A stretch of DNA of 64,000 bases from Muribaculaceae bacterium (GCA_017477555.1 JAFUVK010000017.1:10787-74786); one strand, 5' to 3'. Shown: positions 9,678-19,918, counted from the first letter of the stretch. Translations and numbers: made by a program. The notes: generated from the letters alone by a model not told the origin.

Positions 9678-10052
9678 TTAGTTGTCCTTGCAGCAGTCGG
9701 TCTGGGGACCAGCGTTCATCTTCTGGGCTTGCTCGGGGGTGACGGGTGGCACGATGCAACATGGCTTGCACTGAGCCACGGGGGTGGCCTCGACATGGAG
9801 CGAGCGCAAGCCCTTGACAATCTTCTCGTCGCTGTTCTTGCTGGTGTAGTAGGTCACAGCCACCGTCTTGTCGGCTACACTGACCACGACATCTTTGATG
9901 CCCTTGCCCAGTGCGGGCACATTGTTCATGATCTTGGTCGAACAACTCTCGCAATGAATGTCGGTGACAAACACGGTGGTCTTGACATCCTCAACCTTCG
10001 TGTCACGGGCAGTGGCCCATCCCAGCCCCAAGCTTATCAGCAGGGCGATCAT
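9678..10052 (-). CDS. Exported heavy-metal-associated (HMA) domain protein
   Basis: Signal peptide; IHCESC metal motif, KGIKDVVVS..KTVAVTY; Cys-rich tail (CKPCC, DCC). Confidence 0.8.
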   Translation of the reverse strand: MIALLISLGLGWATARDTKVEDVKTTVFVTDIHCESCSTKIMNNVPALGKGIKDVVVSVADKTVAVTYYTSKNSDEKIVKGLRSLHVEATPVAQCKPCCIVPPVTPEQAQKMNAGPQTDCCKDN

Positions 10053-10080
10053 CAATTTTAATTTATAATTTATAACTGCA

Positions 10081-10172
10081 GCCGGGCAGTCATTGTGCAT
10101 TGGCGATGATCCCTCCACTAACCCCTCCCCTGCAGGGGAGGGGGACTGCTACCTGGCTGCCATGGTGCATTG
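10081..10172. repeat. CCCCTCC/GGAGGGG hairpin repeat unit
   Basis: ggcagtcattgtgcattggcgatga..cctcc..acccctcccc tgca ggggagggggg actgct; near-identical to units at 52677-52841. Confidence 0.75.
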
Positions 10173-10185
10173 AAAAATACACAAA

Positions 10186-12459
10186 TCAATAAAGGTTCCA
10201 ACGCACGCCCACATAGAACTTGCGGCCCATGAGTGGGCCCCACACATTCATCGAGTTGAACTGTGGTCCGAAGGGGTCGTCGGCACCTAGGATAGGATCT
10301 TTCTGGCGGTAATCAGTGATGTTCTCGCATCCGACATACACTTCAGCGTGTCCAATCTTGCGCGTTACTTGGGCAAAGAGTTGTCCATACGTTGGCGAGT
10401 GATACGACTCCTGGATGTTACCTCCTGCCACGGGCACACGCATCGGCCCATTGAGCTGCCCGGTGATGTCGAACACCCAGATGCGGAATCGGGTGGCGTA
10501 CGACAGGTTCAGCACCCCCTTGAAGCGGCTCGTGAGCGCGCGTTCCACGGTCTGCGTCTCGTTGGTGAGCAGGTAATAGACCCCCTGCTCAGGTCCTCCC
10601 TGGGCGAGCATGGGCAAGCCTACGCGGCTCTGGCTGTAGCGGAAGGTGGCCAGCACGTTGAGCCGCTCGACAGGTGTCCAGTTGAAGTCAAGCTGCCACG
10701 TGTTGGTGTAGTTTGTCGCGCCGCTGTTGTAGAACAGCACATAGCCCGCGAGCGGTTCCTGCGTGACAAAGAGCGAGCGAAGGAAGTGGGTGTGGAAATA
10801 GTCCAGGCTGAGCGATGCGCGCTGGTCGCGGCCCAGAGTGAAGGTCTGCGTCAGACTGCCGCCCACCGTCAGGGCTTTTTCCAAGTTGTTGTAGTTGCGC
10901 TTGCCCGGTGCCTTCAAGTCGGTGACGTCGTTGGGAAACAATGCTCTGCCCGGTAGGTACATGGTGGCATTGATGATATCTAGCCCAGTGGCCAGCATGC
11001 CCAGGTTCTCGATGATGGCGCGTGGAGTGCGGTATCCCATGCCCCCCGACGCGCGCAGCGTGGTGCGTGGGGTGATGTCCCACTTCACGTGCAGCCGCGG
11101 CGTCACCAGCCACTGCTTGGCCCAGTCGTTGTAGTCCACGCGCATTCCGGCCACCAGGGTCAGCCGCTGGCGCAGGGTGGTGTTCCACTCGGCGTAGGCC
11201 CCGATTTCGCGCTCGTCCAAGTGTTCATCCAGTAAGGTTTGTAGCCACGAATAGTGGTTGGGCATAGCGCTGAGCATGATAGGGCGGTACCGGAAGTTGA
11301 GCATCGCACCACGCACATAGTTCATGCGTCCCTGCACGCCCACGGCCAGCGACGAGTGTGGCGCCAGGTAGTGATCCATGCGCAGGTTGAGCGACACCGA
11401 GTTCTCGTGGGCATTATAGCCGTTGTAGCCAAAGTAGGAGCGCGTGTCGAAGTGGCTCCAGTCGGCCACCAGGGCCACGTTGTCCTGCCACTCGCCTCCC
11501 TGGCCGTCGGTCACGATGTGGCGCAGTGGCATGGCCACCTTCAAGTAGGCGCTGGCATCGTGGTTGGTCACATGTGAGCCATAGACGCTGAGTGGCTTCG
11601 CATAGCCAGATTCCGCATCGAACCTCTCAAAGAACAGTTGCCTCTCTGCATCACCCGACTGCCGGTGGTAGTTCAACTGTCCGCCCAAGCGGTCCTCGGC
11701 GGTGTAGCGCGCTCCCCAGCGCAGCTGAATGCCGTTGGGCAGAAGCCAGAGCCAGCGGTTGGCCACATCCACCTGCCGCGTGTTTGGCAAGTCACGGAAA
11801 TTGTCGTGATTACGGTCCATAGCACCCATCTCTCGCCAGTCGGTGTCAATCGAGCCGTGCACCATGATGATGGTCGACAAGCTCTTGTCCTGCTTGAAGT
11901 GAATAGCCGAGGTGAGGTTCAGCTCGGGCCGAAGCATATCGTCGAGGTAGAAGTTGACATGGAGCCGCTCGTCGTCGGTGGGTTTGCGGTACTCCAGGTT
12001 GATTTGCCCCGTGATGGCTTCGTGTCCTGTGGTGACACTGGCAACCCCCTTCGACACCTGTATCGAGCGCAGCCAGTCGCCGGGGGTGTAGTTCAACGCA
12101 TAGGGCGAGACCAACCCACGCATGGTGGGACGGCTCTCATCGAGAAACTGCGTGTATACCCCCGCCAAGCCAAGCATCCTGATTTGCCTTGCGCCAGTGA
12201 CTGCATCACTGTAGCCCACACTCACCGTTGCCGAATTCTCGAACGACTCGGCCAGCGTGCAGCATGCCATCTTCTTCAGCCCGATGGAGTTAATCATCTC
12301 GCGCTTCTCCACGGCACTCCCACTGAGGTAGTTGCCACTCATACTACTCTCAACCTCCACCTCATGGAGGGCGACCGTTGAGTCGGAAAGGACATCATCA
12401 TTCGTCGCGCACACACCTAACGAGGTCAAAACGACCATAAACACAAATAAACAACGCAT
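10186..12459 (-). CDS. TonB-dependent outer membrane receptor (CCxLxESF subfamily, metal-associated)
   Basis: ACCTLAESFENSATV, SDAVTGARQIRMLGL, SIQVSKG plug motifs; C-terminal WGPLMGRKFYVGVRWNL. Confidence 0.9.
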   Translation of the reverse strand: MRCLFVFMVVLTSLGVCATNDDVLSDSTVALHEVEVESSMSGNYLSGSAVEKREMINSIGLKKMACCTLAESFENSATVSVGYSDAVTGARQIRMLGLAGVYTQFLDESRPTMRGLVSPYALNYTPGDWLRSIQVSKGVASVTTGHEAITGQINLEYRKPTDDERLHVNFYLDDMLRPELNLTSAIHFKQDKSLSTIIMVHGSIDTDWREMGAMDRNHDNFRDLPNTRQVDVANRWLWLLPNGIQLRWGARYTAEDRLGGQLNYHRQSGDAERQLFFERFDAESGYAKPLSVYGSHVTNHDASAYLKVAMPLRHIVTDGQGGEWQDNVALVADWSHFDTRSYFGYNGYNAHENSVSLNLRMDHYLAPHSSLAVGVQGRMNYVRGAMLNFRYRPIMLSAMPNHYSWLQTLLDEHLDEREIGAYAEWNTTLRQRLTLVAGMRVDYNDWAKQWLVTPRLHVKWDITPRTTLRASGGMGYRTPRAIIENLGMLATGLDIINATMYLPGRALFPNDVTDLKAPGKRNYNNLEKALTVGGSLTQTFTLGRDQRASLSLDYFHTHFLRSLFVTQEPLAGYVLFYNSGATNYTNTWQLDFNWTPVERLNVLATFRYSQSRVGLPMLAQGGPEQGVYYLLTNETQTVERALTSRFKGVLNLSYATRFRIWVFDITGQLNGPMRVPVAGGNIQESYHSPTYGQLFAQVTRKIGHAEVYVGCENITDYRQKDPILGADDPFGPQFNSMNVWGPLMGRKFYVGVRWNLY

Positions 12460-12795
12460 AGTAAAGACATTATAATGAACACACAAATTTAGGCATTTCT
12501 ACTAGCAACCAGCTTAAATGCCACACCAATTAACAATATTTAATAGCCATTGACACTCCGGCATGACGACGTGACATTTCTGCGATTCTAAATTGCTGGC
12601 TATTCATAGCGAGAATGAATGTAGGGCAGCGCCCTACATTAGTTATCCCGATTAATAGCCACCAATTTTGAGTCGCAGAGCAGTTTCATGCCGACTGGCA
12701 CAAGTAACCTAAGTTTCGGAAGTGTGCTCGAACACACTTCAGAAAGGGTAAAGAATAAAGGAGTAAGGAGCAGCGCATTAGGTTTATCAGAATGT

Positions 12796-13545
12796 CTAGC
12801 AAAGCGACGGGCTGAACAGGCTGGCGACAATCCACCACAAAGCTTTGAAAAAATTCTTGCTGGCCCAGAAGGTGACCGCCATCAGCACAAAGTTGAACAC
12901 CGCGCACACGGCAATGTACAGGTAGGGGAACCACAGGGTGGCAAAGCGGTTGATGTCGGTCTGGTAGTTACGCGTCTGGGTGGCAAAACACACCAGGTGA
13001 AAGCCGAACGTCATGCCGGTGACGACATCAAACAGCCAAGCGTTCTGCGGCACCGTGATGGCCCTGAACGCCAGCAGGAACAGTGTCAAGTAGGGCACGG
13101 TGTAGGGCGCCAGCGACATGAACGGCCGGCTCCACTCCTTGCCGCTGCTCATCACCACACCCGTGTTCTCCTCGCTGTGGATGGAGTGGATGCGGCGCCC
13201 CAGCAGCTTGCCCACCAGGCGGTGAGCGTTCTCATGGGCATGGGTCTCCTCCTCGGTGAACCAGCGTTTCTGCACTAGGCCATACTTGACCAGCAGCCAC
13301 CGCGCCAGCGGGTAGACGGCCACCCCCACGCTGAACCACCAGTAGATGCCCAGGTTGAAGTTGCGCAGCAGGTTGAAGTTCGACACCCCACGCTCGGGCT
13401 GCCAGGCAAACTGCCGCCACGACAGCGCCTTCCAGTCGGGCACCAGCACATGGTCGACCGCCACATGCCAGGCCTCGCGCAACAGCGCCAACAGCAGCAC
13501 GGCCAACACGGCGCTCCAGATATATCCCCAAGTCTTTCCGTTCAT
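12796..13545 (-). CDS. M50B-like intramembrane metallopeptidase
   Basis: TM segments, HENAH (HExxH) motif followed by G..I.S, then SLAPY and Q..D motifs. Confidence 0.65.
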   Translation of the reverse strand: MNGKTWGYIWSAVLAVLLLALLREAWHVAVDHVLVPDWKALSWRQFAWQPERGVSNFNLLRNFNLGIYWWFSVGVAVYPLARWLLVKYGLVQKRWFTEEETHAHENAHRLVGKLLGRRIHSIHSEENTGVVMSSGKEWSRPFMSLAPYTVPYLTLFLLAFRAITVPQNAWLFDVVTGMTFGFHLVCFATQTRNYQTDINRFATLWFPYLYIAVCAVFNFVLMAVTFWASKNFFKALWWIVASLFSPSLC

Positions 13546-13588
13546 TGTATGTTAATTTTTTCGTTAAATCGCTTGCTCGAAAACAGCA

Positions 13589-14434
13589 TCACAGCAGGAT
13601 GTCGTCGAGCGTCGTGCCGCTGCCAAAGCGGTTCAGATCCACCGCCTCGTTGATGCCATCGATACGGCCCCGCTCGCTGTACTGCCAGATGTTGTACTTG
13701 CCGCCGCCACGCAGCACCGGTTCGGTCGAGCCATAGCGCGCGATGAAGATGTAGTAGCGGTTAAACTCCGGCGCCAGCAGCGTGTTGTAGAACTTATACT
13801 GGCTGTAGAGCAGCGGATACTTGCCATACTCGCCACGCACCAGGTCCATGAACTCCTGCAGATGCGCCTGCAGCACCGAGCGGCGCGCCCCCCGGTTGCC
13901 GGCCTCTTCCACATCGACCATGGGCAGAAGGTCCTGCTCATCCTTGTCGACGTAGCGCTTGAAATTGTCGAACTGCGCCCGGGCCGACTTGTAGCTGGTG
14001 AAGAAGTGGTAGCTGCCCACTTTCAGTCCAGCCCGACGCGCCTGGGCGATGTTGCGCTCATAAGCCTTGTCCACATGAGTGGCTCCCTCGGTGGCCTTGA
14101 TGTAGACAAACTGGATTTTCTTGTCGGCTGCCACGCGCTCCCAGTCGATGCGCCCCTGATGCTTCGACACATCGATACCATTGTAGTCGCTCGAGTGCAC
14201 CGTGACCCGCGACGGTCGCGGCTGGTGCCGGAAGTGCTTCAGTGCCCCCACACCGCCGGCCAGCAGCAGCGCCACCGCCAGCGCCACGACCCCCGGCCGC
14301 CACCGCCGCCACCACCGCCGGCACCACCGCCTAACCCTCCCCCAGTACCATGCCGGCCAGGCAGTGACGTCGGCCGGCCGCTGCTGCCGCCCAGGCCGTC
14401 GGCCGTGCCTACGTTGTGAGTGTCCTTTTGCCAT
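13589..14434 (-). CDS. GH25 muramidase (lysozyme) with N-terminal membrane anchor
   Basis: GIDVSKHQG.IDW, FVYIKATEG, GSYHFF, PMVDVEE, IWQYSERG.I.GI...VDLN. Confidence 0.93.
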   Translation of the reverse strand: MAKGHSQRRHGRRPGRQQRPADVTAWPAWYWGRVRRWCRRWWRRWRPGVVALAVALLLAGGVGALKHFRHQPRPSRVTVHSSDYNGIDVSKHQGRIDWERVAADKKIQFVYIKATEGATHVDKAYERNIAQARRAGLKVGSYHFFTSYKSARAQFDNFKRYVDKDEQDLLPMVDVEEAGNRGARRSVLQAHLQEFMDLVRGEYGKYPLLYSQYKFYNTLLAPEFNRYYIFIARYGSTEPVLRGGGKYNIWQYSERGRIDGINEAVDLNRFGSGTTLDDILL

Positions 14435-14435
14435 G

Positions 14436-17240
14436 TCAATAATAGTTGCGCGTCATGTCGTAGAGCTTGCGCAACCTGCCGGGATCAGCCGCAAAGAAGT
14501 CACGCGCATGAGCCGACTCCAGCCCCCAATAAGCATCACAGGCCGAACAAGGTGTGCCTGGCTTACAGTTAGCACACTCATAGGTGCGCGCGATGCGCAC
14601 AATGCACACGATGCCATGGGCAGGACGGTTGCTGAGCACACGCTCGGTGTACTGCGCATTCTTGAGCAGCACAAACGAGTACATGCCCAGGTCCATCTTG
14701 CGCACACGCCCTCCCATGAGCGGGATGTCGATGGGTGGGATATATGCATCGGGTGTGCCCGTCTTGGAGAACAGCACCAGCCCTTCACCCAAGTCCACGA
14801 CCGCCTGTCGCATGGGTGCCAACGTGCCTGCGCGCTGCGCGTCGTGAAACTTCTCAAGAAACGCATTCCACGTCGCATTCACATCGCTGCTCCGCGAGTG
14901 CGCCCTCAGCGTGTTGTCGATCAGCGACGGTGTGGAGCCATTGCCATCACGACTGATAATTGAAGCCCTGACATCTCGCTTGCCAATCATTCTAGCCCAC
15001 GCCTCGGCCAGCTTGACGCAGTTCCACATGTTATCGCCCTGCCCCAGCACCCATGTCACCAGCAATGACCTGAAATCTTCGCCGTCATCAAATCGGTCGA
15101 AGTGCAACTGCGTCTGTTCGGGCGACACCTCACGCAGGCCGAACACCTTATCTTCATAGCTCTCCATCCTGTCGGTCAGAGCCTTGAACAAGTCGATGTC
15201 GGTGGTTCTGCTGTATAAGCCGTCATCGCTTCTCTGGTCGTAACTAACATTGTACAAATGAGATATATTGGAAACAAAGTGCTGATTTGATGGCGATGGC
15301 ATTTTCTCATCGGCGGTTTTGGCGTTCTTGAAACGCAGGAAGTTTACCTGGTCCCTAGTTTCCGTCCTATCTTTCAGCGCAAAAAAACTGGTCTCGTTGT
15401 TGACCGGCAGCTGTTGCACATCGACACTTTGTGCTCCCGACAGAGCCAGCGCCACCAGTCCCACAGGGTATACGTCATCCGACCGGCTCAAGAACGTGGT
15501 GAAATCGCATCCTGCCCAATGCCCCGCCGTATTCTTTGCCCATGGGCGAGTGAGTCGGCCAAAGAACATGACCCGCTCATGCCCCTTGGTGAAGTCTGGC
15601 GGGCCATAGCGGCCCGTTGTGTTCATATTCACCAGCGACGGCACAGCCATGACCGCCGCCAGGGCCTCCATGGGCTTGAACGTCGAACCTATCGACCGAC
15701 GGCACAGCGAGGGGTTGCGGGTAGTGAGTCGCAGCTGCTCGGGAAAATCATTGTTGTCGAACAGTGTGGTGTAGAACGGTGTGGCCAGCACCTCGCCGGT
15801 GGCCATGTCCATGATGGTGACCGACATGTCGTACTGCTCACGCACTTGCGAAGTGGGCTTGCGATGGCCATGCTTATCCACAGCGATGAGGCCGGGCAAG
15901 CGGTTAACATAACGCTTGACTTCATTCTCAAACTCGCGCGAGAGCAACGGGTCGATGGTCAAGCGCACAGTATCCACATTCTCGCGGTTAGACAAGTGCT
16001 GCGATAGGCCGTGCAACAGTTGCTGGGTGAACAGGTCGGTCTGGTAGTCCGAAATGAAGAAGCGGTCGGCACCCACGCTGGTCTGCGTCAAGTATGAGAG
16101 CGTGTTCATCGGATTCTGCTTGAACAGTGTGATTTCGCCCAGTTTCTCGCTCAAGTCATTGTTGGCTACGGTGTACATCAGTATCTTCATGCCGTCCTCA
16201 AAGGGCACCGTGTCGGCTTCTTGACTGGCACTGTTATTGTTGAACAACTTTGTGGCCTGCTGGCTGCCCACCACCATCAGTCCGCAATCGTGTGCGACGA
16301 CGAGGTTACTATCGACGTAGGTCAATGTCATGTGCGCCCGTTGTGGCGATGTCCGCGAATTCTGCATCCTCAGTTCGATGGTGTGCGAACGACTGTCACT
16401 GCCATAGGCTGTCCTATAATACTGGTAATAGTCAATCGGTTCGGGAGTGACATGCGGCCGGCCAGCTTTTTCGGGTGGAGTCCACAACAAGATACCCTCG
16501 TGCATGATAGCATTCATGTAGATAAGGCTTTTTCGTGCACCGGCGGCATCGCAGTGCAGTGGCAGCACCGAGTTGCCATAGGTGAGGTAGATGGTACTGT
16601 CATCATCGAAAAGGCAATTCTCGCGGCTCTCAATCACGCCCTTCCACTTGTTCTTGACCAGGCGCACCTTGAACATCGACGGAATCATCCTGATGCTCTG
16701 GACCTCAACAGGTCGCACCTGCTGTGGATTGGTTTCCTTGGTGCCCTTGCCGGGAGCGGTGCCTTTGCAGCGAATCTCAAAGAGGCTCACGCCCAGATGC
16801 TCATTCTGCTGCTCCAACATCTGCGGCAAGCGGCTGTTGTAATAGAATCGGCGCAGGCTCTCGTCCTTGATATACTCGGGATGGATGCCCACCAACCGCA
16901 GGTTGGTCGACTCGATGTAGGCATTGCCCTCTTCGCCATAAGGCAGTGCGAACTCCAGGGCCTTGTACCGGCGGTTGAGCGATGCCAAGTCGATGGCCTC
17001 AATGCCCGTGTCGACACACTCGCCTGTGAGCAGCAGCGCGAACACACTGTCGGCCTTGGTCACAAAGCCGGCCCCACACTCACTGGGGTCATAGGTGTCG
17101 GGTTCGGCAGCTCGCCCCAGAGCCGTACACTGCTTGAACATCGACAAGCCTATGGCAAGCAGCAGAATCAGCGGCGCCAAGCCCAGCACGAACCACCTGC
17201 GCCACTTCAGGTCGCGTTTTGATGCTATCTTGATTTGCAT
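14436..17240 (-). CDS. Large class B-like penicillin-binding protein (transpeptidase domain)
   Basis: N-terminal TM; V.LTIDP.L, IMDMATGEVLA, GSTFKP (SxxK), SRSDD (SxD variant), LGQG, SKTGT. Confidence 0.8.
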   Translation of the reverse strand: MQIKIASKRDLKWRRWFVLGLAPLILLLAIGLSMFKQCTALGRAAEPDTYDPSECGAGFVTKADSVFALLLTGECVDTGIEAIDLASLNRRYKALEFALPYGEEGNAYIESTNLRLVGIHPEYIKDESLRRFYYNSRLPQMLEQQNEHLGVSLFEIRCKGTAPGKGTKETNPQQVRPVEVQSIRMIPSMFKVRLVKNKWKGVIESRENCLFDDDSTIYLTYGNSVLPLHCDAAGARKSLIYMNAIMHEGILLWTPPEKAGRPHVTPEPIDYYQYYRTAYGSDSRSHTIELRMQNSRTSPQRAHMTLTYVDSNLVVAHDCGLMVVGSQQATKLFNNNSASQEADTVPFEDGMKILMYTVANNDLSEKLGEITLFKQNPMNTLSYLTQTSVGADRFFISDYQTDLFTQQLLHGLSQHLSNRENVDTVRLTIDPLLSREFENEVKRYVNRLPGLIAVDKHGHRKPTSQVREQYDMSVTIMDMATGEVLATPFYTTLFDNNDFPEQLRLTTRNPSLCRRSIGSTFKPMEALAAVMAVPSLVNMNTTGRYGPPDFTKGHERVMFFGRLTRPWAKNTAGHWAGCDFTTFLSRSDDVYPVGLVALALSGAQSVDVQQLPVNNETSFFALKDRTETRDQVNFLRFKNAKTADEKMPSPSNQHFVSNISHLYNVSYDQRSDDGLYSRTTDIDLFKALTDRMESYEDKVFGLREVSPEQTQLHFDRFDDGEDFRSLLVTWVLGQGDNMWNCVKLAEAWARMIGKRDVRASIISRDGNGSTPSLIDNTLRAHSRSSDVNATWNAFLEKFHDAQRAGTLAPMRQAVVDLGEGLVLFSKTGTPDAYIPPIDIPLMGGRVRKMDLGMYSFVLLKNAQYTERVLSNRPAHGIVCIVRIARTYECANCKPGTPCSACDAYWGLESAHARDFFAADPGRLRKLYDMTRNYY

Positions 17241-17293
17241 AATGTTTTTACTTTAGTAGTGAAGTAGTAAAGCCGTTACCTGTTCGCTTCTGG

Positions 17294-19918
17294 TTAATAG
17301 GGAATTTTGCTCTTCAATTCCGATTTTTTCAGTTCATCAAGCTGTTTGTTCACATTGTTGATGATGCTGAAATAATAGCTGGCAGGCATGCCAGTCACCG
17401 AGTTGAGAAGCGAGTCTTTAGGCAACCTGATGGTCAGGTCGTCGATCATCACCGAGTCCACACGGCACGAATAAGTGTTCAGCAACTGCAGCAGCGACTG
17501 CTCCTTTGAGAGGGTCTGGATTGAGTCGGTAAAAGAGATGCCATTATTCAGCTGGCTGATGCCCACCTTCACCTCACGTGCATCGGCAACGAGCGACATT
17601 TTGTTGATGTTCAGCAAAGTAGCATCGCTACACAGCAGCGTACTGTCGATGAATAGGCTCAATGTGTCCACCTCAACCCGCCAAGCGTCAGGCCCGGCAT
17701 ACTGTGCCAAAATCGTCATTAAGCTATCGGGAGCAGCCGATACCAGACGTACCACTCGCTCTGGCACTGGGATAGGAGGGGTGTCGCTTTTCTTGCTTGG
17801 CAGAAGCCAGAACACCAGCGACGAGAGTACGGCTCCCAAGACCAAACCTGCTATGGCTCCCATTATCACTTGCCGCTTGCCGCCCATATTCATGCCCAAG
17901 CGCCGCTGTAGTTCTGTTCCTTTTTTATGATCACGTTTCATAACTGTTTTGACAAATTTTTCAACCATTGTATTCATTTCGAGTGGGGCGTGCAACTTTT
18001 CATTGGCCGGCTCCCCATCGGCCGGGATAGCATACAGTCGCTCAACATGAGCCGTCATGCCGGTGAGCTCTTCATCGCCCAGATTGTTGAACAGCGCGTC
18101 GATGCGCTCATCGAGTCGCTTACAGATTGCCGGGCACGACTCTTGATAACCAGCGAGGTCATCCCAGTTGTCTACCGTCAACAGGTGCTGCTTGTTCCAG
18201 CACCCCTGTTCGGCAAACAGGATTTCCTTAATGGCATCTTGCACCACGACCTTCATCTCTTCACCGGCATGCGTGGTGGCTCGCCACAGCTGTTCGCACT
18301 TGGCCGGTTTATCCTTGGCCTGTTTCAGTAGCTCAACGACTTGTGACACTGTCACCTGAGCCAGTGCTCGTGTCTCAATACTCTTGTCAGAACCTCGGTC
18401 TAAAGCGGCGACAACCTGGTCAATGCCAGTGAATTGATACTGCAGGGCGGCTTCGTCCACCCAGCCATCAATCACCTTGCGTTGTTCCGGCTTCAGCCCA
18501 CCCAGGCCGGGTATCGTCTTAATGCCGCGCGGCCGGCTATAGGCATCGACGGGGACAAACGGATACTTGGTCATAAACTTGACGATGGCATCAAGGTCCT
18601 TCAACCCCTTGACGCGCGGCATGAGCATCACAGTGAATTCTTTGGCCACACGGTCGTCCAGGCGGTCATACTGCCGGTATATTTCTATCCATCGTTCTAT
18701 CGAAGCGTCATCGCGCAGATTTAGCTGCTGAAGGTATTTGACATCCAACTGTTTCTTCAACTCCTCGCTCATCCCGTCCTCGAAGAGGAAGGCATATTTC
18801 CCATTTTTGAGAAAAGCCTCCATGGCCTGTCGTTGGAGCTGCAGCCTCTCGTCTTCGCCATATCCCATGAGGCCGTACAGCTTCATGTCCAAGCCGTCGA
18901 GTTCCCACTTCACCGAGCGTGAGCGCACGATTTTGATGAACTGCTGACGCGCCGTGGCTGGCATGCCGCCGCAGTATTTCTTGAACTCATTCCAGCCGCT
19001 GGGGTTCACTTCCTCCAAGCTATGACCCAGTTGGAGCCACAGTTCCCATTCGTCCTCGGAAAGCTGCGCCGGCGACTTGGCAAATATCCGATAGGATGCG
19101 GCAACCTCTTGTGGCGACAGCAACGGCTCCTTGTCGCCGGGCAACGGGCAGGCCTTGACCATGCTGTCCAGGTCGGCTGAATGTGCCGAGGGACCGATGG
19201 CTTCGGTCCACGACATGCACAGGTCATCGGGGCTTACCGGCAAGTTACTGCCCTTGCGATAAAATATCAGCCGCACCCCATCGAGCACAGGGGTGAAGTT
19301 CTCGTCGACACAGAAGGCAAAGGTGGCATACCGGCGCAAGCTGATGGGGATGTTGTCGATGGCCGAGAGCAAGGTTTGCATCTCGCGGCACTCCAGCACA
19401 CCATCCTCGCGCCACTCGCTGCCTTTTGGCTCAAGTGCCACCATCAGCCGCCGCCCGGTCACCAGTGCTTCTTGGATGCGCTGTCGCAGCTGTTTGGCGG
19501 CTGTACTTTCAGGGGCCGAGCGCTTGACATCTACTTCGGTTTCTTCTTCGACACGCCCAGTGGGCATCGTGGCTATGTGTGGCACAGCAGCTAGCAACGC
19601 TGCCAAGCCGAAGTCTATCACGTTCATGTCGGCCCGCGTCACCTCGAAGCTGGCGCGGTAGGGATAGTTACGGCCCAGCCCCTCGCTCACCACATGAGAA
19701 CCCTGCACATGAATCAGCAGATAGCGGTCGGCCGGCCGCTGATAGCTCCAGACGATGCTGGCATGCTCACGCGACAGTTTGGGCGGGTTGTCGATAAAGA
19801 TGCTGCTCACGGCTCGTGCCTGGTCGCTCACACCGCTCGAATAGAACAGCGTTTCATCGCCCAACTTGTTTTGGTGCGAACCGGACGCTCGTTTGGGTAT
19901 ATGAATTGTCTTTGTCAT
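17294..19918 (-). CDS. Large hypothetical protein: GAP1-N-like N-terminus, helical middle, one TM
   Basis: 874 aa; N-terminal YLLIHVQ..GLGRNYPYRASF resembles GTPase-associated protein 1 N-domains; TM at VIMGAIAGLVLGAVLSSLVFWLL. Confidence 0.5.
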   Translation of the reverse strand: MTKTIHIPKRASGSHQNKLGDETLFYSSGVSDQARAVSSIFIDNPPKLSREHASIVWSYQRPADRYLLIHVQGSHVVSEGLGRNYPYRASFEVTRADMNVIDFGLAALLAAVPHIATMPTGRVEEETEVDVKRSAPESTAAKQLRQRIQEALVTGRRLMVALEPKGSEWREDGVLECREMQTLLSAIDNIPISLRRYATFAFCVDENFTPVLDGVRLIFYRKGSNLPVSPDDLCMSWTEAIGPSAHSADLDSMVKACPLPGDKEPLLSPQEVAASYRIFAKSPAQLSEDEWELWLQLGHSLEEVNPSGWNEFKKYCGGMPATARQQFIKIVRSRSVKWELDGLDMKLYGLMGYGEDERLQLQRQAMEAFLKNGKYAFLFEDGMSEELKKQLDVKYLQQLNLRDDASIERWIEIYRQYDRLDDRVAKEFTVMLMPRVKGLKDLDAIVKFMTKYPFVPVDAYSRPRGIKTIPGLGGLKPEQRKVIDGWVDEAALQYQFTGIDQVVAALDRGSDKSIETRALAQVTVSQVVELLKQAKDKPAKCEQLWRATTHAGEEMKVVVQDAIKEILFAEQGCWNKQHLLTVDNWDDLAGYQESCPAICKRLDERIDALFNNLGDEELTGMTAHVERLYAIPADGEPANEKLHAPLEMNTMVEKFVKTVMKRDHKKGTELQRRLGMNMGGKRQVIMGAIAGLVLGAVLSSLVFWLLPSKKSDTPPIPVPERVVRLVSAAPDSLMTILAQYAGPDAWRVEVDTLSLFIDSTLLCSDATLLNINKMSLVADAREVKVGISQLNNGISFTDSIQTLSKEQSLLQLLNTYSCRVDSVMIDDLTIRLPKDSLLNSVTGMPASYYFSIINNVNKQLDELKKSELKSKIPY

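Noticed and set aside
13589-14434. GH25 as a prophage endolysin
   Set aside because: There are no holin, integrase or phage structural genes, and it is coupled to the PBP gene.
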